From NCBI GenBank assembly GCA_902798595.1, contig CADBXE010000007.1, forward strand, positions 1,800 to 65,799: a stretch of 64,000 nucleotides of DNA, given 5' to 3'. Below are positions 34,597-43,834 of this stretch, piece after piece. Position 1 is the first letter of the stretch; every line of letters begins with the position of its first letter. The DNA is from an uncultured Erysipelotrichaceae bacterium (GTDB taxonomy: Bacteria; Bacillota_I; Bacilli_A; RFN20; CAG-826). Under the pieces are notes generated by a model, which saw only the letters and a program-made list of their open reading frames with translations, had not been told where the DNA came from and ran no database searches. The position numbers and the translations under genes were made by a program.

Positions 34597-34673
34597 TGGT
34601 GATCCCAACGGGATTCGAACCCGTGAATGTCGCCTTGAGAGGGCGATGAGTTAAGCCACTTCTCCATAGGACC
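34597..34673 (-). tRNA. trnE: tRNA-Glu (anticodon CUC)
   Basis: GGTCCTATGGAGAAGTGGCTTAACTCATCGCCCTCTCAAGGCGACATTCACGGGTTCGAATCCCGTTGGGATCACCA. It shares D-arm and T-arm sequences with the UUC isoacceptor. Confidence 0.9.
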
Positions 34674-34699
34674 AGCGAGAGTAATTATACTCTCATTAA

Positions 34700-36370
34700 T
34701 TATTTTAAGGAAGAGATAACCTCGTCAATACGACGATGTGTTTCTTCTAAACCTAAAACGTACATGACTGCACAAAGGTTTGGAGCGTTCTTTCTACCTG
34801 TTAAGGTAATACGAAGGATTTCCGCTAAATCACCGATGTTACCTTTATAGGCTTCTGGGTTAGCTTTATAGTCTTTGTTATTAGCGGCGTAGCCTAAAGA
34901 AACACCAATTTCCTTTAATTCGTTGAACCAAATTTGTTCATCTTGGTTAACATGAAGTTTCTCTTTGATAGCGCTCAAAGCTTCAATGAGTGCTTCTTTA
35001 GAAAACTTTTCGTTAAATGGTAATGGTTCTTTAATAATATTTTGATAACGTTCTTCGTAGAAGAAACCAATGAAATCTAAGATATGACCGAACTTTTCAT
35101 AGTCTTTTCTTGGATTAGCTTTTTCACGGTCGATGTTCATAATAGCAGTGAAATAAGCTGGATTATATTCAATAGCCGCTTTTAGTTCTGGGTTATAGAG
35201 TTTAGCGTATTCATAAGCAAGAGCGCTGATTTCATCTTTATTTAGCTTTGCTAAAAGTTCACGTGCAAAGAAGTTTAATTTGCCCATATCGAATAAGGCG
35301 CCTTCGTTATTCATCTTCTTAAAGGAGAATTCGAAGTTTTCCATGCCTTCAAACTTATTGGCTAAAATCCATTCTTCGAAGTTGGAATTAGCAATGGTCA
35401 TTAAATACATGATTAATGATTTTGGTAAGTAGCCATCTTCAATGAAGAACGAAACAGCGGCTTCTTTATCTTTTCTTTTAGAAAGTTTACGTTTATTGCC
35501 TGTTTCTTCATCGACTTTCATGATGACTGGTAAGTGAGCGTAATTAGGGGCTTTCCAACCTAAGGCTTCGAATAATTCGACATGAATTGGTAAGGAAGCA
35601 ACCCATTCTTCACCACGGATAACTGTAGTTGTTCTCATGAAATGGTCATCACAAGCGTGAGCGAAGTGATATGTTGGTAAGCCATCACTCTTATAGATAA
35701 CGATATCTTGATCGTTTTGAGCGATATCAAATGTGCCTTTGATTAAATCGGTGACAGTGATCTTGTTTTCATGATTACCACTACTTCTAAAACGGATAAC
35801 GAATTTATCGCCATTTTTAATTCTTTCGTATTTTTCTTCGTTAGTAAGATTTCTACATTTAGCGAATTCACCATAGTAACCTGGGTTTAATTTCTTACTT
35901 TCTTGTTCTTTGCGGAGTTCCTCTAAGTCTTCAGAAGTGCAGAAACATGGATAAGCTTTGCCATCCACAAGTAATTGTTTAATCACTGTTTTGTATATAT
36001 CCGCGCGCTTAGATTGGATATATGGACCATATTTGCCTTCTTCATGGTCACCTAAATAGCCTTCATCAGGATCAATGCCGAAGATATGCATTTGCTTTAA
36101 TAATTCTTCACCAGAGCCAGCGATTTCTCTTTTTGTGTCAGTATCTTCAAGTCTAACATAAAAGACACCTTTAGATTGGCTGGCTACTTTATGGCACACC
36201 AAAGATGTGAATAAAGAACCCGTATGAAGGAAGCCTGTTGGGCTTGGAGCGAAACGCGTTACTTCCGCACCTTCTGGTAAATTTCTTTCAGGATATCTTT
36301 TTTCTAAATCATCGATTGTTTCGGTAATTTCTGGAAAAATCAGGTCTGCGAGTTGTTTGTTTGTAATCAT
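34700..36370 (-). CDS. gltX: Glutamate--tRNA ligase, long form (556 aa)
   Basis: Class I motifs RFAPSPTGFLHTGS (a HIGH variant) and KLSKRK. Confidence 0.9.
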   Translation of the reverse strand: MITNKQLADLIFPEITETIDDLEKRYPERNLPEGAEVTRFAPSPTGFLHTGSLFTSLVCHKVASQSKGVFYVRLEDTDTKREIAGSGEELLKQMHIFGIDPDEGYLGDHEEGKYGPYIQSKRADIYKTVIKQLLVDGKAYPCFCTSEDLEELRKEQESKKLNPGYYGEFAKCRNLTNEEKYERIKNGDKFVIRFRSSGNHENKITVTDLIKGTFDIAQNDQDIVIYKSDGLPTYHFAHACDDHFMRTTTVIRGEEWVASLPIHVELFEALGWKAPNYAHLPVIMKVDEETGNKRKLSKRKDKEAAVSFFIEDGYLPKSLIMYLMTIANSNFEEWILANKFEGMENFEFSFKKMNNEGALFDMGKLNFFARELLAKLNKDEISALAYEYAKLYNPELKAAIEYNPAYFTAIMNIDREKANPRKDYEKFGHILDFIGFFYEERYQNIIKEPLPFNEKFSKEALIEALSAIKEKLHVNQDEQIWFNELKEIGVSLGYAANNKDYKANPEAYKGNIGDLAEILRITLTGRKNAPNLCAVMYVLGLEETHRRIDEVISSLK

Positions 36371-36464
36371 ATTTTTTGCCTCTTTAATATTTTTGAAAAG
36401 TTAGTGTTGCAAGAATTTTTTCTTTTGCATATAATAATTGAGCGCGATTTGGAAAAATCCAAAT

Positions 36465-36538
36465 GCAGGTGTAGTTCAGTGGTAGAACGTAACCTTGCCA
36501 AGGTTAATATGCGGGTTCGATTCCCGTCACTTGCTCCA
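36465..36538 (+). tRNA. trnG: tRNA-Gly (anticodon GCC)
   Basis: GCAGGTGTAGTTCAGTGGTAGAAC...TTGCCAA...GGGTTCGATTCCC...TGCTCCA. Confidence 0.95.
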
Positions 36539-36549
36539 GATGCTTAATA

Positions 36550-36574
36550 CCTAGATGCAAATCTAGGTTTTTTT
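36550..36574. terminator. Terminator cctagat-gcaa-atctagg + T7
   Basis: Perfect 7-bp stem with a GCAA loop and a T-run. Confidence 0.8.
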
Positions 36575-37580
36575 ATTCCTCTTTGTCATCTTTGCTTGCC
36601 CCTCTAAGTGACTCTTCTAAATGTTTCTTTTCTTCTTCACTGAGTTCAATACTATTTTGAATTCTAAGAAGAATGTTTTCTATCGCTCTTTGGTTACCTT
36701 CTTTGAAATATGGTTCGTATTTCTTATAGATGGTTTCCATATTTGCGAAATAGAATGGCAAATAGAACATTAATAAGGCCACACCACCAACGATGACGAA
36801 TGCTGGTAAAAGGTCAATCCTTCTCACAAAGAATAAATCTAACATGACGAAGAGTGCCATACCCAATAAAGATAAAGCGAGTATCGGCCAGTTTAAAAGG
36901 AACCAGTCTTTCCTCATACTCTTATGGTGAAGAGAATAAGTACTGTTGACTGACATTTTTAGTAATGGCGCGCTCGCGACGAGCACATTCGTACGATAGT
37001 ATATAGAAATTGAAGAGAAGGAAATGTAATAAACAAACGCTAACATAGCGAGTGGAATAGCGATGACGGAAATATAAACGATGAAGGTTAATAATAATCC
37101 ATCATTATCATTGAGCGTAGCAATGATGTCTTCTAGAGCAGATTCTTGGTTAGACATGTATAGATAAACGAGCCTATTGAAAGAATCAGTAAAGGTTGCT
37201 CCATAGTTAGCTTTGAAGATTAAATATAAGACAAATCCACCGATAAGAAACATCGCGAAATAGAAGCCTAATGATTTAAGGAATGAGATGAGACCTCTAA
37301 AGCTTCCTCTGAACTGTGAACGGAAGAATCCAACAAAGTATCTAAGGAATGCTGATGGATTGATTTGTTGATTAATTTGTAAGTAATAACACGCTACATG
37401 GCTAGCGAATAAAAATGGTAATGCAATCAAAGGAACTGCGACAATCAAAATAAGCGGTTCGATGAATGCTAAAACTGTAGCAATAATTAAAAATAGACCA
37501 CACATAATACCTACTGATAAGTAGGAAATTGGACTAGATTTAAACTTATTAAAAGAAATGCTTCTTAATGAATCTTTCAT
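36573..37580 (-). CDS. Polytopic membrane protein, unknown function
   Basis: 335-aa hydrophobic ORF. Its start overlaps the NERD gene stop by 1 nt. Confidence 0.5.
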   Translation of the reverse strand: MKDSLRSISFNKFKSSPISYLSVGIMCGLFLIIATVLAFIEPLILIVAVPLIALPFLFASHVACYYLQINQQINPSAFLRYFVGFFRSQFRGSFRGLISFLKSLGFYFAMFLIGGFVLYLIFKANYGATFTDSFNRLVYLYMSNQESALEDIIATLNDNDGLLLTFIVYISVIAIPLAMLAFVYYISFSSISIYYRTNVLVASAPLLKMSVNSTYSLHHKSMRKDWFLLNWPILALSLLGMALFVMLDLFFVRRIDLLPAFVIVGGVALLMFYLPFYFANMETIYKKYEPYFKEGNQRAIENILLRIQNSIELSEEEKKHLEESLRGASKDDKEE

Positions 37581-38263
37581 TATTTCTTCCTTTTGTTTTC
37601 TTTTGCAATCGATTGCACCGCTTTAGCGAGTTGTTGCTCATTAATCTTTTCTACAGGACGAGATTCAATAGCCTTAATTAAAGCAGGAAGTTTCTTCCTT
37701 TGAATGATGTAGAACTGTTTGGATTCGCTTTGAACTTCGACCTTGCAATCATCGTTGATTAAAGTGATACCAATGAGCATTGAGACATCTAAACCTGTTG
37801 AAGATGAAAGCTTGCTTGTTAAGTTCTTGGATTGGATAATTGGGTTATCTGTATAACACTTTTTCCCTTTGTGGGAAATAAAGATTAAAGACTTGTCACT
37901 AGATTTACCCACCAAGTCACCTTCATAGTATTTACAAATGATGACATAGATGTATTTATCACCAAAGATGATGTGATCAACTTTCGCTAATTTATTGGAA
38001 TCTATTTTGAAATAGAATTGGTTGATTAAGTAATAGTCATTTTCTAAGGCAACTTTATAAACTCGTTTATAGTAACGAACTTGGAAATGATGACGTCTAT
38101 AAGATGCTGAAATCGGGAAATATAAAACAATCGCTAAGAATAAAACCACCACGATTGGTACAATGATGACAAACGCGAGTTGGATTTTTGTTAACGATGT
38201 TAATAGTTTTAGGTTCAGCATATAGAATATGATAACAAAAATGACCTTATAAATTAAGGACAT
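37580..38263 (-). CDS. Membrane-anchored NERD-domain protein
   Basis: VDHIIFGDKYIYVIICKYYEG matches the NERD (nuclease-related domain) core as I remember it. Confidence 0.6.
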   Translation of the reverse strand: MSLIYKVIFVIIFYMLNLKLLTSLTKIQLAFVIIVPIVVVLFLAIVLYFPISASYRRHHFQVRYYKRVYKVALENDYYLINQFYFKIDSNKLAKVDHIIFGDKYIYVIICKYYEGDLVGKSSDKSLIFISHKGKKCYTDNPIIQSKNLTSKLSSSTGLDVSMLIGITLINDDCKVEVQSESKQFYIIQRKKLPALIKAIESRPVEKINEQQLAKAVQSIAKENKRKK

Positions 38264-38277
38264 TTTGCATATTCTAT

Positions 38278-38886
38278 TTAGTCAAAGATGGTTTTATTAG
38301 TTTTTATCGCATCAATGATGCGGTCAATTTCTTCTCTCATAACCTTCCTAGATAAAGGTGGAATTTGATCGATTGGGAACCAAGCAACATCATCAGTTTC
38401 ATATTCGTGTTCATGGAGTTGACCTTTTAGTTTGGCTTCAAAAACAACGAGATATTCTGGAGCATTAACATTGCTCTTAAACGGGGTTCTATTGAGGACA
38501 CCAACAAGGCGAACTAGTTCAATATCCGCGCCCGCTTCTTGGCTTGATTCGTTGATGGCAGTTTGGCCCGCTGAATCGTATAAATCCGCCCATCCTCCAG
38601 GGAAGGAATAAGTACCACTATTAGCCTCTCTAACAAAGAGGATTTTTGACTTATCTTCGTTGACGATAACCGCGCGAACTGACACACTTGGTGTAGGATA
38701 AATGTCTCTTGAAAAATAATTTGGTCGATGGAATTCGATTTCCATGAGCTTTTCAAGCATCTCCATGGTCAAATCATTGATCTGTTGATAGTTGGTCAAG
38801 GCGTATGGGTCTTTAGAAAAAACCAATCCTATTTTCGCAATGGATTGGATTTTCAATATATAGTCGTAAAGTTCTTTGCTATCCAT
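38278..38886 (-). CDS. Nudix-fold protein with Nudix_N-type N-terminal domain and degenerate Nudix box
   Basis: The N-terminus is LKIQSIAKIGLVFSKDPYALTNYQ. The box reads GGWADLYDSAGQTAINESSQEAGADI, with N for the canonical R, Q for one E, and D for the first E. Confidence 0.7.
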   Translation of the reverse strand: MDSKELYDYILKIQSIAKIGLVFSKDPYALTNYQQINDLTMEMLEKLMEIEFHRPNYFSRDIYPTPSVSVRAVIVNEDKSKILFVREANSGTYSFPGGWADLYDSAGQTAINESSQEAGADIELVRLVGVLNRTPFKSNVNAPEYLVVFEAKLKGQLHEHEYETDDVAWFPIDQIPPLSRKVMREEIDRIIDAIKTNKTIFD

Positions 38887-39671
38887 TATTCCTCAGATGA
38901 GTTATCACTCATGTAAGTTTCAAAGACACGGCGGAAATTGGTTTGATTAACCGCTTCTAAATCGCCATTAACAGCGAAGGAAATACGGCCTGTTTCTTCA
39001 GAAACAACAACAGTCACTGCATCAGAAACTTCACTCACACCGATAGCCGCTCTATGACGAGAACCATATTTACCAGCGAATGGTTTGGTTGTTGGAGTAA
39101 AGAAGACACTAGCAGCAACGATTTCATTGCCATGAATAACTACCGCACCATCGTGCAAACGTGTGCCTGGGTAGAAAATTGTCATTAAAATTTCTGGTGT
39201 CACTGGAGCGTGAACTGGAACACCATTTTTCATAATATCTTTTAAGTCTGTGTTCTTTTCAAACGTCATAATGGCGCCGATACGGGCATTACTTAATGAA
39301 ATAACTGCAGTTTCAATGTTCTTATATAAGAGTTGTGTATCGTAGATTTTTTCAATACCAAAGTTGCCAGCTTTAGCAACTGTGCGAGAAAATGGGTTGG
39401 CAATGAATTTTCTTAAGTCACCTAAGTTAGCGAAGAATGCTGCGGCCATACAGGCTGCAGAAATAAAGCCCATCATGATGCAGACAGGGACTAAATCAAA
39501 AAAGAATCCCACCAAGAAAACACCAGCACAAACACCATAGAAGGCGAAAGTAACTTTACGCTTAGCGACTTTGAAGAGGATAAAGAAAGCAAGGGCATGA
39601 ATAGCAATCACCAAAATTAAAGCAATAATAAAATTTGCTGGTTTTAAATGATCCCAAATAAATTCAACCAT
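38886..39671 (-). CDS. cdaA: Diadenylate cyclase CdaA
   Basis: Three N-terminal TMs followed by a DAC domain (GAIMTFE...LHDGAVVI...GSRHRAAIGVSEVSDAVTVVVSEETG). Confidence 0.9.
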   Translation of the reverse strand: MVEFIWDHLKPANFIIALILVIAIHALAFFILFKVAKRKVTFAFYGVCAGVFLVGFFFDLVPVCIMMGFISAACMAAAFFANLGDLRKFIANPFSRTVAKAGNFGIEKIYDTQLLYKNIETAVISLSNARIGAIMTFEKNTDLKDIMKNGVPVHAPVTPEILMTIFYPGTRLHDGAVVIHGNEIVAASVFFTPTTKPFAGKYGSRHRAAIGVSEVSDAVTVVVSEETGRISFAVNGDLEAVNQTNFRRVFETYMSDNSSEE

Positions 39672-39757
39672 ATCCTTACCTCCAAAAATCAGTGCATAAT
39701 TATGATATTATATTTTCAAATATATTTTCAACACTATGTACGAAATGTAGAGTAAAA

Positions 39758-40138
39758 TTAATCGATTTTAACAATTGTAGGCGTATTATTCTTACTTCTT
39801 CTCGCAAATGGCTTTTTATGTTTTTTAAGGAATAACTCTGTCGCTTCCAAGCCTTTATCGGTTAAGGAGAAATAGAGTTTTTTAGTGTTTGTGTCAAATA
39901 CTCTACCTAAATATCCGTAGCGGAATAACATCATCGTTAAACGGCAAACCTTTTTGCTTGTGAAGGAAATAAGCGTTCCAAAACAATCCATATCAATAAA
40001 TGGCTTGGTTTCATCATCAACAACACCAATAAGAATCTTATAGATGCCTTCATTTAATGGGTAATAATGTAAGTCGTTTAATGCTTTGATAGTGATAAGA
40101 ACTTTGTAATAAGTTTGATTGAGCTTAACTTCTTTCAT
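39758..40138 (-). CDS. Hypothetical winged-helix-like protein (126 aa)
   Basis: An ORF with a plausible context. It has a weak resemblance to RQC/wHTH folds only. Confidence 0.35.
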   Translation of the reverse strand: MKEVKLNQTYYKVLITIKALNDLHYYPLNEGIYKILIGVVDDETKPFIDMDCFGTLISFTSKKVCRLTMMLFRYGYLGRVFDTNTKKLYFSLTDKGLEATELFLKKHKKPFARRSKNNTPTIVKID

Positions 40139-40240
40139 GCTGATATTGTAACGATTTATACCATCAAGGTCAAAGACATTCTCTATTGAGAAACATTATG
40201 TTTTTTTGTATGATAGTTACGGAAATGGAGAATTAAACAT

Positions 40241-40960
40241 ATGCCAACACCACATAATAGTGCCAATCCTGGCGATTTTGCTAACGTCGTATTAATGCCT
40301 GGCGATCCATTAAGAGCCAAATTAATTGCAGATACTTATCTCCACGATGTTAAATTAGTCACAAGCGTTAGAAATATTTACGGTTATACCGGTTATACCA
40401 AAAACGGTAAAAAGATCAGCGTCATGGCCTCAGGTATGGGTATGCCATCCATTGGTATCTACTCCTACGAATTATATAGCCGTTATGACGTGGATGTGAT
40501 TATCCGTGTCGGTACATGCGGTGCCTATCAAGAAAATATCAATTTATTTGATATCATTGTTGGAAGCGCTGCTTCTACAGATAGTAACTGGGTCCACCAA
40601 TATGGATTAAACGGACATTATTCCGCAAGTGCGGACTTTGATGTCATGGAAGCTGCTGTCAACGCTGCTAGAAAGAAAAAGATTCCAGTTCACGTCGGTA
40701 ATGTTCTCTCTAGTGATGTCTTCTATAATTCTGATAAAGAAGGCTGGAAGAAATGGGCGGACATGAACGTCTTAGCGGTTGAAATGGAAGCTTTCTCACT
40801 CTATTGCAACGCTGCTAAGTTAAAGAAAAAAGCTCTCTGCTTATTAACCGTTAGTGACTCATTCTTAATCAAAGAAGAACTCACACCAGAGCAAAGACAA
40901 AACGGTTTATTACGAATGATTGAAATCGGTATTGAAGCCGCTGAAAAGTTCGCTAAATAA
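40241..40960 (+). CDS. deoD: Purine nucleoside phosphorylase, DeoD type
   Basis: GDFANVVLMPGDPLRAKLIA...MASGMGMPS...VEMEA closely parallels E. coli DeoD. Confidence 0.9.
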   Translation: MPTPHNSANPGDFANVVLMPGDPLRAKLIADTYLHDVKLVTSVRNIYGYTGYTKNGKKISVMASGMGMPSIGIYSYELYSRYDVDVIIRVGTCGAYQENINLFDIIVGSAASTDSNWVHQYGLNGHYSASADFDVMEAAVNAARKKKIPVHVGNVLSSDVFYNSDKEGWKKWADMNVLAVEMEAFSLYCNAAKLKKKALCLLTVSDSFLIKEELTPEQRQNGLLRMIEIGIEAAEKFAK

Positions 40961-40977
40961 CTAACAAATTGTCCAAA

Positions 40978-41018
40978 CAAAAAGCACGTACCACATGCTA
41001 GAGATACGTGCTTTTTTA
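40978..41018. terminator. Bidirectional terminator between the convergent deoD and P-type ATPase genes
   Basis: Stem agcacgta/tacgtgct flanked by A-runs and T-runs. Confidence 0.75.
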
Positions 41019-41031
41019 TATACCATGTAAC

Positions 41032-43425
41032 TTATTTTGATAATTTACGGTAAAGAATTAATAAGGAATTAATCACTAAGGCCACAGTCAATCCTGTATC
41101 TGCGATAACAGGGACAATCATTGGGATATTTAATGCTGGGATTAAGACAAGAATGGCCACTGCGAGTTTGACTAATAAGGCGAAGATAATATTGAAGATA
41201 GCAGTATGTCTTGCAATTCTAGCAATCTTCACAGCTTCATAAACTTTAGCAGGATTATCATTCATGATAACAACATCAGCGTTTTCGACCGCAATATCGC
41301 TGCCGATTGCACCCATAGCAATGCCTACATCCGCACGCATGATGCTTGGCGCGTCATTAATACCATCACCAACGAAGGCTACGGCTTTATTAGTGACAGA
41401 CATTTCTTTTTCTAAGATTTCAGTCTTTTGATCTGGTGTTAATTCGCTGTAGACACGGTCGAGGCCTAATTCTTTCATAATGAATTCAGCGTTTTCTTTC
41501 TTGTCGCCTGTGAGAAGGACAACGCCTTTCTTCTCCTTATGGAGAAGTTTAACCATGTCATAAGCTTCTTTCTTCACTTCATCATATAAGACAATATAAC
41601 CAAGATATTTATCACCTTTCTTACAATGGACAATGGTTCCAGTTGCATCTTCATTAATAGAAAGTACACCATTATCCCTCATGAATTGCGCGTTACCCGC
41701 AAGGATGGTTTCGCCTTCATACGTGGTACGGACACCATAACCAGCGATTTCTTGATAATCGACTTGTTTTGCCGCAAGGGCTTTGACATCAACATCGTGG
41801 CAGATTGCTTTAGCAATTGGGTGAGTGGATAAGCATTCAGCAGCGTATAAGGCATTTAGCAATTCTTCTTCGCTGACGCCGTCTTCATTAGCAATCTTTT
41901 GGATAGAGAAGACACCGTGTGTTAATGTACCAGTTTTATCAGTCACGATTTTATCGACATTGTTTAATTGATCTAAGTAATTGGTGCCTTTAATAACAAT
42001 GCCTCTTTTACTTGCTAAACCAATACTAGCAAAGTAGGCAAGCGGGACAGAGATAACAATCGCGCATGGGCAACCTGTCACTAGGATTTCTAAACCTCTT
42101 ACTACGTAATCTCTCCAGTCTTTGGTGATAAGACCACCAATGACAAGCACTAAGATGGCTAAGATAACGATAGCAGGTGTATACCATTTAGCGAACTTAG
42201 CGATGAATTCATCGGCTTTTGATTTCTTTTCACCACTATTGCTGATGAGTTCAATGATTTTAGCGACAGCGCTATCTTCATATTTCTTATTCACCTTAAT
42301 GGTGATAGAACCTGTTTTAACAAGGCAACCCGCTAAAACATCTTTATCATTAATATCTGCTAAGACTGGGACAAATTCACCAGTTAAGCTTGATTTATCA
42401 ACATAAGCGGAACCAGCAATAACTTCACCATCAACAGGGATCATTTCGCCAGCGCTGACAACAACGTTGTCACCGATTTCTAATTGTTCTGGATCTACTT
42501 TACTGATTTCGCCATCTTTTAATAAGTTAGCGTATTCCACTCTTAATTGAATGGCGTTCATGACCGCTAATTTACTTCTATTAGTGGCCACTTTCTCAAC
42601 AATTTGACCAACTTGGAACAAGCCAACAACCATCATACCTTCCATAGCGAAGTGAACACCGTGTTCGGTTCCACCATTTTCTAAAAGGTAGATAACCGCT
42701 AAAGCGGTTGCACCTAATACTGCGATAGTAATTAATAAGTTATGGTCAATAATATTTCTTCTATTTTTAATATGAAGAATAACACGCCATGTCACATCAT
42801 ATGTTAATAACACTGTTGTGGCGGTATAAATTGCAAATCTAATCCAACCACTGTTATCAAAATGTTCAAAAACTAACAAGTTAACAAGTAAGACAACAAC
42901 AGCGAATAAGACTCTCGCTAATAAGAACCACATGCCTTTGGTAAAGAGCTTTTCTTTATGTTCTTCTTTTTTGCTTTCTAATTCTTTGATGTTTAATGGG
43001 TCACTTTCCACTTGAGCGATAATTTTCTTAATCTTATCAACACTGAATGGATTGTTTTTATATGTGATGAACATCTTATTTGTTGAGAAGTCAATATGGA
43101 CACTTTCAACGCCCTCTTGCTTTGCAAGATGTTCTTCAGATTTCTTAGCACACATTGGGCAGTCAAAGCCAGAAATGTGGTATGCTTTCTTAATGTTTTT
43201 CTTATCGAAGTCATAAATATCAAGTGGGTCACTTTCAACTTGAGCGATAACCTTTTTGATTTCCTCAACCTCTAATTCATCTTGTTTGTATGTGATATAC
43301 ATCTTATTCATTGAAAAATCGATATGGCAACTATCGACTTTTTCATGCTTGCCTAAATGATCTTCTGACTTCTTTGCGCACATCGGACAGTCAAAGCCAG
43401 AAATGTGATACTTTTTCTTAATCAT
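41032..43425 (-). CDS. P1B-type heavy-metal ATPase (Zn/Cd/Pb-type) with two N-terminal HMA domains
   Basis: Two GFDCPMCAKK motifs, TM CPC (GCPCAIV), DKTGTLT, GDGINDAP, and a ZntA-like IADTGLTVALVINSL. The start is taken at MIKKKY, 8 nt into the ArsR gene. Confidence 0.9.
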   Translation of the reverse strand: MIKKKYHISGFDCPMCAKKSEDHLGKHEKVDSCHIDFSMNKMYITYKQDELEVEEIKKVIAQVESDPLDIYDFDKKNIKKAYHISGFDCPMCAKKSEEHLAKQEGVESVHIDFSTNKMFITYKNNPFSVDKIKKIIAQVESDPLNIKELESKKEEHKEKLFTKGMWFLLARVLFAVVVLLVNLLVFEHFDNSGWIRFAIYTATTVLLTYDVTWRVILHIKNRRNIIDHNLLITIAVLGATALAVIYLLENGGTEHGVHFAMEGMMVVGLFQVGQIVEKVATNRSKLAVMNAIQLRVEYANLLKDGEISKVDPEQLEIGDNVVVSAGEMIPVDGEVIAGSAYVDKSSLTGEFVPVLADINDKDVLAGCLVKTGSITIKVNKKYEDSAVAKIIELISNSGEKKSKADEFIAKFAKWYTPAIVILAILVLVIGGLITKDWRDYVVRGLEILVTGCPCAIVISVPLAYFASIGLASKRGIVIKGTNYLDQLNNVDKIVTDKTGTLTHGVFSIQKIANEDGVSEEELLNALYAAECLSTHPIAKAICHDVDVKALAAKQVDYQEIAGYGVRTTYEGETILAGNAQFMRDNGVLSINEDATGTIVHCKKGDKYLGYIVLYDEVKKEAYDMVKLLHKEKKGVVLLTGDKKENAEFIMKELGLDRVYSELTPDQKTEILEKEMSVTNKAVAFVGDGINDAPSIMRADVGIAMGAIGSDIAVENADVVIMNDNPAKVYEAVKIARIARHTAIFNIIFALLVKLAVAILVLIPALNIPMIVPVIADTGLTVALVINSLLILYRKLSK
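42990..43425 (-). repeat. Tandem duplication encoding the two HMA domains (~220 nt units)
   Basis: The protein blocks KKxYHISGFDCPMCAKKSE(D/E)HL...IAQVESDPL(D/N)I occur twice in succession. The DNA similarity is visible by eye, for example gggtcactttc(c/a)acttgagcgataa. Confidence 0.75.
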
Positions 43426-43783
43426 TTTCCTCTCCCTCCATGACGTGTTCATACGCTACGCCTAGAAGTAAGCGGATATGTCTATCCTTTAATGAGTAAT
43501 AGACTTTGGTCTTCTCTTTACGGGTTCTCACTAAATCCGCATCTTTAAGTACTTTGAGTTGATGGCTCACTAAAGATTGAGAAGCCCCTATTTCCATTGC
43601 GATATCATTAACGCATTTTTCAATCATGCAATTTAATGATTCACAAACACCACAGTTACATTCTTCACATTCGCATTCATCATCATCGAGGAGCGCGAGC
43701 ATGATCTTTAATCTTGTGCTGTCGCTTGCGGTTTCTAGCAAGCTTTCCATTTTTTTAATCGTAGTTAATTTAACGTCTTTCAT
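43418..43783 (-). CDS. ArsR/SmtB-family metalloregulator with Cys-rich insertion
   Basis: The HTH is SQSLVSHQLKVLKDADLV. The insertion DDDECECEECNCGVCESLNCMIEKC precedes the recognition helices. The start is taken at ATG (MKDV). Confidence 0.85.
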   Translation of the reverse strand: MKDVKLTTIKKMESLLETASDSTRLKIMLALLDDDECECEECNCGVCESLNCMIEKCVNDIAMEIGASQSLVSHQLKVLKDADLVRTRKEKTKVYYSLKDRHIRLLLGVAYEHVMEGEEND

Positions 43784-43802
43784 TTTTATCACCGTGAATA
43801 TT

Positions 43803-43822
43803 ATATGAATGTTCGTTCATAT
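43803..43822. promoter_or_regulatory. Candidate ArsR/SmtB operator 1 (ATATGAA-N6-TTCATAT)
   Basis: Perfect 7-bp inverted repeat 20 nt upstream of the arsR start, with a TGAA-N6-TTCA core like SmtB/CzrA-type sites. Confidence 0.5.
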
Positions 43823-43834
43823 TTGCAATTAAAA

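Noticed and set aside
36371-36464. A T-box leader upstream of gltX.
   Set aside because: The leader is under 100 nt, AT-rich, and lacks a specifier hairpin, T-box sequence or terminator/antiterminator pair.
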